This document shows, in pieces, positions 55,254 through 64,000 of a stretch of DNA of 64,000 nt. Within the stretch, counting starts at the first letter, position 1. Each line of letters starts with the position of its first letter. The position numbers and the translations under genes are program-made. The DNA comes from Eledone cirrhosa (taxonomy: Eukaryota): assembly GCA_964016885.1 (NCBI GenBank), contig OZ024747.1, positions 5,642,001-5,706,000 on the forward strand, read 5' to 3'. The notes under the pieces are model-generated. The model ran no database searches. It was not told the DNA's origin and saw only the letters and a list, made by a program, of their open reading frames with translations.

Positions 55254-55562
55254 TACATGGAACTCTTTTAACCATCTTTTGATCTTATATTATATATATA
55301 TATATTCATTTTATTGAGGCTAAAGAGTGAGTCTTGTTACTCTGGAGTTTCGCCTGTTTATTTCATGATAAGGAAGAAGACAAGGGTATGTGTGTGTGTG
55401 TGTGTGTGTGTGTGTAAACAGAAATAACAAAGCAATCAACACACACACAGATAAATATATGTATATATAGAGAGATATATAGTTGTATGGTTGCAAGAAA
55501 AATTGCGTCCGTAGGCAGTATGCCGGTTGAGCACTCGATGCTCGCGCAGAGATCATATAGAA

Positions 55563-55656
55563 AGCATATCTGACGATCTTTCGATTACAGAGTCAGGTTT
55601 GATCTATAATAGATCTTTCTTCGAGCTGATCGATAGTGAAACATAAGTAATATGTT
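55563..55656 (+). ncRNA. Type I hammerhead ribozyme of a different family, imperfect stem II
   Basis: agcatat-CTGACGA-tctttcgatta..tgatcgatagt-GAAA-cataag-TA-atatgtt; U-U at the first stem II pair. Confidence 0.7.
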
Positions 55657-55707
55657 ATTAAATATGTTATAATGCAACATTGAATACCTTGTTCCTTTAT
55701 TCTTATA

Positions 55708-55755
<48 letters not shown>

Positions 55756-55759
<4 letters not shown>

Positions 55760-55993
55760 GAAGTAATTCCATCGGAAAAGTCCAGGAAAAAAGAGTGCTC
55801 TATGTATGCAACAGAGCTTAATTATTATTATTATGTAATAAACAACATAAGGCAATTATTCCATTTACCAGTGGTTTCTTAAAAGCAAAAGGTTTTGCTT
55901 TCAATCCTCAGAATAGGATTGAAAGCAAAACCTTTTGCTTTTAAGAAACCACTGGTAAATGGAATAATTGCCTTATGTTGTTTATTACATAAT

Positions 55994-56000
<7 letters not shown>
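55756..56000 (-). mobile_element. Fold-back PLE-like element with perfect arms of about 85 bp
   Basis: Inverted repeat about 55823-55908/55915-56000, tail 55756-55822, (TA)n flanks. Confidence 0.85.
55861..55916 (-). ncRNA. Minimal type I hammerhead ribozyme, intact on the minus strand only
   Basis: ctatt-CTGAGGA-ttgaaagcaaaa cc ttttgcttttaa-GAAA-ccactgg-TA-aatgg. Confidence 0.8.
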
Positions 56001-56030
<30 letters not shown>

Positions 56031-56067
56031 TATATATATATATATTAGGATAGATGCTCTGGATGTA

Positions 56068-56260
56068 TGTATAGTATATTTGGCAATATACCGTATGTTT
56101 AATTAAAAACATTTAGAAGTCCATATGCTATCAGTTTTAAAGTAGTGACTATGTCATTTCTTTTCGGCGAAAGAACGCCAACCAGCGTGAAACAGACTGT
56201 CAGCTTCTCTCCCTTCTTTTAAATGTTTATAATTAAACATACTGTATACTGCCAAATATA

Positions 56261-56266
<6 letters not shown>
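56068..56266. mobile_element. Older fold-back element with a degenerate hammerhead-like motif
   Basis: Imperfect arms about 56068-56115/56220-56266; internal acgc caacca gcgt-GAAA-cagactg-TC with no intact CTGANGA. Confidence 0.5.
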
Positions 56267-56334
<68 letters not shown>

Positions 56335-56901
56335 AAGGTAGTTGGTTTAAGGAGTACGGGGAAAACCTGGAATTTGAAATGATGAAATGGTAAAGTTTGA
56401 ACTCAGTTAGCAGAGAACCGGATCAAATATCACGTATGTAACGATCTAAGTATCGATGAAGAGCCCTGAATTAACATAGCAGAATTGGTAAAGCGTCCGA
56501 CATGATACATTTTACTGTTTGTTTCAGCCCTTTGCATTCTGGGTTCAAATCTTGCTGAGGCATAGATGGGTTGTAGAGTTAATCAGTCATCCGTTTTTAA
56601 TACCAACACCTGGTCCTTGGGTGCCTTTCATTAAGACAATTCAGTCGCAAACGATTAGACCAAGCCTCCTATGTAATCCCCGCCCACTCTCTAGCCAGTT
56701 GCAAAAAGAGGCCATGAGACTCATATTATACTCTCACCAATTAAACAGTGTCACCAAGGCAATAGGTACTCCCTTTTTTGTGTCCTGATCTTCTGCTTGG
56801 TTGAATTCTTGGTGATCCGCGCTCTTTATCTGAAAGATTATTGATGCAAAAGAATATTCCAGGAGTTTTAAATAACAAATCTTAAATATATTCATAAATA
56901 C

Positions 56902-56960
<59 letters not shown>

Positions 56961-57424
56961 CGTATGTGTATGTATGTATATTTATATGAATATATGCATG
57001 TATTTATGTATGTTTGTATGTGTATGTATGTATGTTTATATGTATGCGTGTATTTATGTATGTATGTATAATCATATATTTAAGTATATGTAAATGTGTT
57101 CATATTCCTGTGTTATCGTATTTAGCTATTTCTATACCTTATTTTGAATATATATATATATACTTTGTGTAGATTGAACTTATTGCACTTCCTTCCACCT
57201 ACAAATATATAGACATGGTCACACTATTGTAGATAGATATATATACAATAGTATAACCATGTGTATATATTCAAAAGATATTTTTTTCAGTCCCCGGCCA
57301 CACGAGAATTGTTCGTGTATATATATGTGAAATTCCGTTTTCCGTGTGTATATATATATATATACACAGTGAAATTATATATATATATACAGTGAAATTA
57401 TATATATATATATATATATATATA

Positions 57425-57524
57425 CAGTGAAATTCCGTTATAACGAAATTCATGGGGTATTAAAAAAATTCGTTGCAACGAAAAATTCGTTATAATGGCA
57501 TTCGTTATAACGGAATTTTACCTG
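57425..57524. mobile_element. pogo/Tigger-type MITE
   Basis: TA-CAGTGAAATTCCGTTATAACGAA..TTCGTTATAACGGAATTTTACCTG-TA, with internal ttcgttataa repeats. Confidence 0.8.
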
Positions 57525-57528
57525 TATG

Positions 57529-57569
<41 letters not shown>

Positions 57570-57629
57570 GGAAAGAGATTACTAAAATAAATTAAAATGT
57601 CGTGTCTAAAGAATTACACACACACACAC

Positions 57630-57668
<39 letters not shown>

Positions 57669-57811
57669 ATACTTTGGGAGGGTCATGTTGCCAATAAGGA
57701 ACACACGCACCAGTTGCTTTCACTTCAATTTATTATAATAAATTTATAAATTTAGGAATTTATAAATTTCCGGTTGGTTGGTTGGTTCCACAACCAGATG
57801 GTTTATATATT

Positions 57812-57854
57812 GTCAAAGTTCTTTCGTCACACATTCTGTGACCTCTTCAGTGAC
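57812..57854 (-). ncRNA. Very small type I hammerhead motif, slightly degenerate
   Basis: gtca-CTGAAGA-g-gtcac agaatgt gtgac-GAAA-gaac-TT-tgac, inside a TA-flanked unit at about 57665-57930. Confidence 0.65.
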
Positions 57855-57928
57855 TGGGGATTCTTTTCTTTGTTTTTGTGCCTCTCCTTTGTTCTGTCCT
57901 ACGCCATCTTGTTTCAAATTCAGAAACG

Positions 57929-57959
<31 letters not shown>

Positions 57960-58079
57960 GGAAAAGTCAGGGCCCCGACGGCTGAGCTCGTGCCGTTTCG
58001 ACAGCTATATATATATATATATATTGAGTGTTTGCGGTATGGAGAGCGAGAAGACTACAGATCAGATTAGTACTCAATA

Positions 58080-58260
58080 TAATTGTTTCTACTTTAGGCA
58101 GCAATTACCCAGTGCATTACTGGTACTTTATTTTATCGACCCCGTAAGGATGAAAGGCAAAGTCAACCTCGGCGGGATTTGAACTCAGATCGTAAAGGGA
58201 CGTAACTATGCTGGAAAGCATGGCGTCCGACCCTCCACCGATACTGCCAACCCACCGCCC
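58080..58260 (-). mobile_element. SINE, main family
   Basis: Consensus match; TSD tactcaatataat. Confidence 0.9.
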
Positions 58261-59557
58261 TTTGTACTCAATATAATGATGCAGAGTGAGTATATTAGTG
58301 AGGTATAACATATAGTTGAGTGAATGGATTAATAGACAGATATCTGGCTAGAAAGGTGGATAAATAGATAGACGCACACTTGCACGTGTGTATAAATAGT
58401 TTAAAAGAATCCAGTACCTTCAAGTAACACCCCATCTGCCACTGTAATAGTACAGTTTAAGGGGTCAAGTGGATTTGAAGAGGCCGAACGGGTTTTGACC
58501 GAATGCTCTTTTTAATTAAGTATTTAAGAAGGGAAGAGTCGGGGGAAGTTTTCAGATGTTGACCTTCCACTTTGAAAGTTCATCTCTGTTGGAGTTTTTG
58601 TTACCGGTCTTTGTAAGCGGTACATATACACATGCACACACACATATATATACATGCATGCATGCATGCATATATACATACATACTAAATACATACATAT
58701 ATATATATACATGCATACATATATACATACATAATAAATACACACAAATGTGCATATGTATATGCCTTCTCTTACATTTACACATACTTTTATGCACACA
58801 CACTTTTATGCACACACACACACATATATATATACCGGTATTGTTCATTTTATGACACTTTATGTCCCGTAACTTAGCTGTTCGACAAATAGAGATCGAT
58901 AAAACAAATAACTAAATTAGATAAAGTACTGTAATTAATATAATCGATTAAAATCTTGAAGGTGGTACCCACAACGTTAGCTGAATCCAAGAAAACGTAT
59001 GGAAATCTTTACCATGGGTAAATTCTGAGAAAATCTACCAAATTCCACATATGAGAAACGTAGGAGGGTCTTTTCATGCTAATCTACACCCAAACTGTTT
59101 ATTGTAAACACATTCAGTAAGGTTGTAATATGAAAAATATCAGTATGTGTCCTTTTTATTTCCACACTAAGTATATGTCGAAAACCTTTAGGTTGTGGGG
59201 CGGAAGAAAAAATGCTGTACAGGATATTTTGTAAATAATGACTTCAAACTGTTTATATTTAAATGTCTATTTATCTAACCGTTTTGCAGCCCCTTTTTTT
59301 AAATCCTAACTGCATAAAGTAAAAAAAATGTTAAAGGGTGGTGTTTATATATTTTAGCCTATAAATAAAAATATTTTAAACCGCAGAAATTTATTAAAGT
59401 GTTACTTTTTTTTTATTGAATAAATAAAACAGCCCTATAAAAAATCCATATTTAGAAATTAGAAATTCAGTTTGTGGTTTTTCACGTTTTAAAACATAAT
59501 TTTGATATTCAACATTTTGCGGCACACTAGTAGGGCAGAATACACAGTTGTTTGAGA

Positions 59558-59670
59558 AATAATTGTTTCTACTTTAGGCACAAGGCCAGCAATTACCCAG
59601 TGCATTACTGGTACTTTATTTTATCGACCCCGTAAGGATGAAAGGCAAAGTCAACCTCGGCGGGATTTGA
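59558..59670 (-). mobile_element. 5'-truncated SINE
   Basis: Consensus match; flanking repeat agttgtttgagaaataat. Confidence 0.85.
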
Positions 59671-60614
59671 GGTTGTTTGGGAGTTGTTTGAGAAATAATG
59701 TTCTAATAATATTTCTTTTACATTTGCCCAAATAACAAACATTGTGTACCATTTTAAGGTTACATTGTTAAATAACCATTTTGTAAACTGCATCACTTTG
59801 AAGGTGCATCTTCAGGCACCTTCTAAGACTTGTTACATCTTTAATTAAGACATCGACATGTGGTTCTAGAGGAGATGAGTCACACACAACATTACTGGGC
59901 TGTTATTTATGGAGTCTGGTGGTGGTGTGTGTGTGGGGGGGGGGGGTATATTTATCTATTGTTTTATGTTAATAGGGGTGAGACGAAGGTGAGGTATTAG
60001 TATATTTGCTGTTACTTGTGAGAATGTGACCTACTTTGAAATTTTTGTCATATATATTTTATTTGATTAATTTTCATAGAATTCTTTCAGTGTATAATGA
60101 GACATTTTTCTGACAATTTCTCCAGCACATTACGTATTCCTGTATGTTTTGTGCTTCTGTGTGAGAGTGAGTTCTGTTCTTTGTGTCATTCAATTCATGG
60201 ATGAGTTTGTTACCAGTCTATCCTTGTACTTATTGTTCATTTATTGCTTTTCGCTTTTTCTATTTGTTTGTTGCTTTATTTGTTTGTTTCTGATGTTGTT
60301 TTTGTTGTTGTTGTTTTTGTTGTTGTTGTTGTTTGTATATTTGTATAATTTTGTTTTTATTGCTGTTTTTATTACTTTTTATTTATATTTATTTTTCTTA
60401 TGATTATTTCATTTTGTATCTAAAATAGTGTCTGAGGACATTTGGTGTGTGTATTATTTCTTAGTAATGACTTAATGAGACCGAATTAGTTCAGTCACTC
60501 TACATATATGTGTGTATGTATGTATCTCTCTCTCGTTCTCTCTTATATATATATATATATAATATGCCTACGTGTATGTCTGTATAAACAGGTATATAAA
60601 TATATATGAACGTT

Positions 60615-60649
<35 letters not shown>

Positions 60650-60803
60650 TTGTGTGTCTGTGCGAATGTAAGCAGGGGTAACTAGCTCAGTATTTCAAAT
60701 AATGGATCCAATATGTCTAATCCACTTTATATATATATAAATTTCGTATTTATATATATATATATATATAAACAAATGGAAACTATATTTATAAAACCAT
60801 ATC

Positions 60804-60868
60804 TATTTTATTATACATATTTCAAGAATACCATGTTAAATTATGGTGTGCTTTCATCAGATAAAATA
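60804..60868 (-). ncRNA. Minimal type I hammerhead ribozyme
   Basis: Mirror of 60982-61046, core intact. Confidence 0.83.
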
Positions 60869-60981
60869 CAATATATACCAGTTTTATAAATAAATATTGA
60901 CATACCCTGATGTCTTCCAAAAGTAACGGTCGCATTTTGAAAGGGTATGTCAATATTTATTTATAAAACTGGTATATATTG

Positions 60982-61046
60982 TATTTTATCTGATGAAAGC
61001 ACACCATAATTTAACATGGTATCCTTGAAATATGTATAATAAAATA
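60982..61046 (+). ncRNA. Minimal type I hammerhead ribozyme, intact
   Basis: tattttat-CTGATGA-aagcacaccat aatttaac atggtatcctt-GAAA-tatgta-TA-ataaaata; predicted cleavage after 61038. Confidence 0.87.
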
Positions 61047-61861
61047 GATATGGTTTTATAAATATAGTTTCCATTTGTTAATATCGTATATTTATTCCAA
61101 ATACTTGTTGAGTGCTTTATATCAGTTATAAAAATATTTGCTTGTTGTATCCCAACAATTTAAATAGAACTTTTGCATATATATATATGCAAAAGTTATA
61201 TATATATATATATGGTCGGGAGTAGGATTCCCGGTAAACCTTTTCAGTTTTTTTCTATTGGTTGTAAACTGAAAAGGATTACATGTACCTCTTGACCAGG
61301 ATTGAACCCAAGACCAGGATCTCCGCCGTCTCTAGTATCTACCGCTAGGCCACAAAGACAACTACGAAAATCTTATGAAAATTCATACTTATAAACCTAT
61401 TTTTAAAACAAAATCTTGTGGTGTCGTTCATGTCTTTCTTAACGTTATTGCTCCTAATTAAGGTCGACTTCTAAATCAGTTGGGTGTTCCATAAACTACA
61501 TCTTTGTTTTGTTTCACATCTATCTAGACTATATTTTAACCTGTCATCCATGTTTCATTTCTGTCGTAACTCATTTCTCCCCCCCCCCCCTCCCCATTCT
61601 CTCTCTGTGATATGTGAATCTGCTATGATTTGGGGTTACCTTACTCATAAATATATATATATGTTTTTGCATGCCAGTTAGATTCAAACTTACAATGATT
61701 ATTATTTGTTTGTTAAAATAATTAAATCAAATTAATTCAAGTTAAACACACATAGGAAATATAAGGTTATTACCAAAGAGCCAGAAGATTGACAAGTCGA
61801 GCCTAAATATGACTAATAGCTCCAGGAAAGCCATGAGCGAAACCACATCTTTTAAACTTTG

Positions 61862-62331
61862 ATTTTGAAAGTAGGTTTATAATTATTAATTTTCATTATA
61901 CTTTTGTAGCTGACTCAGTGGCCTAGTTGTAGGAATCATAGGTGGTGATGAACTTGGTCTGAAGTTCGATCCTGGTCGGGAGTAAGTTTCTCGGTAAACC
62001 GTTTCAGTTTTTTTCTATGGGTTGTAAACTGAAAAAGGTTACATGTACCTCTTGACCAGGATTGAACCCAAGACCAGGATCTCCACCGTCTCTAGTACCT
62101 ACCACTAGGCCACAGAGACAATCACGAAAAATCTTATGAAAATTCATACTTATAAACCTACTTTCAGAATTTTCACTACAATTTCAAAGCAAAGTGATGT
62201 GGTGTCGTTCATGTCTTTCTTAACGTTATTGCTCCTACTTAAGGTCGACTTCTAAATCAGTTGGGTGTTCCATAATCTACATCCTTGTTTTGTTTCACAT
62301 CTATCTAGACTATATTTTAACCTGTCATCCA
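61862..62331. mobile_element. Palindromic element with two convergent tRNA-like heads; truncated copy at 61214-61552
   Basis: Imperfect inverted repeat 61862-62170; each arm has a TGGCCTAGT A-box and a GTTCRATCC B-box. Confidence 0.7.
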
Positions 62332-62697
62332 TGACCAGGATCTCCACCGTCTCTAGTACAAACACGCGCAGTTCCTTTTCATTTTCAATATTCGTCAGAA
62401 TTTGGATAACACATCTATCGATCTCTTGCCCCCTCTCACTCTCTCCCCCTCTTCTTATTCCCCCCCCCCCCCCCTCTTCTCACTCTCTCCCCCCCTCTGC
62501 TCACTCTCTCCCCCCTCTTCTCACTCGCTCCCCCTCTTCTCACTCTCTCCCTCCCGCCCCCTCTCACTCTCTTCCTACTCCTCTCACTCTCGCCCACTCC
62601 TCTCACTCTTTTCCCCTCTCTCTATCTCTCTAAGCTTATCTCTCTCTGGCTCTCTTTCCCCCTCACTCACTCTGTTTTATGCACGGACTTGTACTAG

Positions 62698-62737
<40 letters not shown>

Positions 62738-63022
62738 TATCAGGGCATTCTTCTAGGAGAAGACAACTCAGGAGACTGGGATAACTCCGATATAAAACCT
62801 GTGGCTCAGTAGTTACTGATGATGTTGATCTGTTCTTCTATTCGGGTTATGGCTACTCTCTCAGAGAGTGGGATTGGCTCAGTGCACAGTCTTTCCTCAC
62901 TATAAAAAATATCTTCACGCACAGGCATTGCACAATAGAATTAATTAATAATTACTAATAATGGTATATCGTGCAATGGCCATACTCTATAACGAGGGGG
63001 CGGCCATCATCATATATATATA

Positions 63023-63216
63023 TATAGGAAAAAGTATGACCCCGACGACAGAGCTCAAGCCGTTTCGACGGCTATTTCTCGTCCAGAAATAACCGTCGAA
63101 ACGGCTTGAGCTCTGCCGTCGGGGTCATACTTTTTCCTATCCCCAACTCTACTACCCTAAGTATTGAGTACTCTCGTGCGTTATGGTCCATCTGGTTCCC
63201 TACCACAATTCCTCTG

Positions 63217-63220
<4 letters not shown>
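63023..63220 (+). mobile_element. Half-hammerhead fold-back family, representative copy. Others at 9814-9918(-), 10953-11100(+), 18745-18880(+), 21238-21438(-), 29232-29390(-), 33100-33224(-), 48878-49028(-), 57957-58007
   Basis: Shared sequence gtcGAAACggcttgagctcagccGTCggggtc..actctactaccctaagtattgagtactc..gttat, next to TA runs. Confidence 0.8.
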
Positions 63221-63254
<34 letters not shown>

Positions 63255-63404
63255 TACGGGTATGCGCATTTGTGTGTGCATGTTTATGTCTGTGTGTGTG
63301 TGCTTATGTCAAACATTTTACTCTACTTCTCTCATTTTATGTCCCCCTCTCTATCTCTTTCTCCCTTCGTTGCTCATACTCTTTCTTTCTCTTCTTTTCC
63401 TTCT

Positions 63405-63438
<34 letters not shown>

Positions 63439-64000
63439 TCTCTCTCCTTCTTCTCTTCCCTACACACCCCTACTTACTCCCTTCGTCTCTCCTCCCCACA
63501 TATCCCTATTACCACCATATAACCTAAGCCCTCAAGATAGGGGAGCAAGGAAGTCATTAATCTCTCCTCTTCATCAAAACTGCCCCTTTTATTGCTCTGA
63601 CCCCTTACCTACTCGAAACGAAACGGTTATCATTTAACAACTTTAATTCCTACTTTTTCTACCACCTTTCGCCCCCGCCTCCTCCCCCCGCTACTGCCAT
63701 GCCCACCATTTCAATCATATTTTTTTATACCGCTCATCTCATTTCTCTCTCCCCCCCCCCCCCTCTCTCTCTCTCTCCCCTCTCCCCCCCCTCTCTCTCT
63801 CCCCTCTCTCTCCCCCCCCCCTCTCTCTCTCTCCATCCTCTCTCCCCATCTCTCTCCCCATCTCTCTCTCCTCTCTCTCTCTCCATCTCTCCCCATCTCT
63901 CTCTCTCCCCATCTCTCTCTCTACCCATCTCTCTCTCTCCCCATCTCTCTCTCCTCTCTCTCTCGCCTCTCTCTCTCCCCCCCCTCTCTCTCTCGCCCCC

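Larger units (their letters stand above)
54601..55293 (-). mobile_element. Longer PLE-like 3' fragment (tail, hammerhead, pyrimidine-rich UTR, possible ORF end) with an inverted partial copy
   Basis: Tail nearly identical to 48711-48797; arms about 54689-54796/55187-55293; (TA)n flanks. Confidence 0.85.
60770..61178 (+). mobile_element. Fold-back PLE-like element with a hammerhead on both strands
   Basis: Arms about 60771-60908/60942-61079, tail to 61178, followed by a short inverted copy of the tail end across TA. Confidence 0.87.

Noticed and set aside
61910-61985. Genuine tRNA gene
   Set aside because: A/B boxes are present but I could not build a convincing cloverleaf; it is part of a palindromic repeat.

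Overview
Eukaryotic, AT-rich and microsatellite-saturated DNA. The SINE families and (TA)n/(CA)n density suggest a coleoid cephalopod (Octopus-like); this is inference. The only host coding sequence I can support is one 72-nt, phase-2 leucine-rich-repeat exon (4867-4938, +). It closely matches exon 3 of Slit, so the rest of the window is probably slit intron. Nearly all ORFs in the track are translations of simple repeats or SINEs. The window holds tRNA-derived SINEs, LINE 3' fragments, MITEs and minisatellites. The most notable signal is a dense set of (TA)n-flanked, fold-back Penelope-like (PLE) terminal fragments from several unrelated families. They carry about 17 recognisable minimal type I hammerhead ribozyme motifs, some intact and some degenerate. 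Across families these share a pyrimidine-pyrimidine mismatch at stem II position 4 and a covarying 3' hairpin (RCUC-stem-loop-stem-UW-GAGY). One family keeps only half a hammerhead and folds back at stem II. Most unshielded ribozymes are antisense to the host gene. Coordinates were counted by hand; element ends are approximate.
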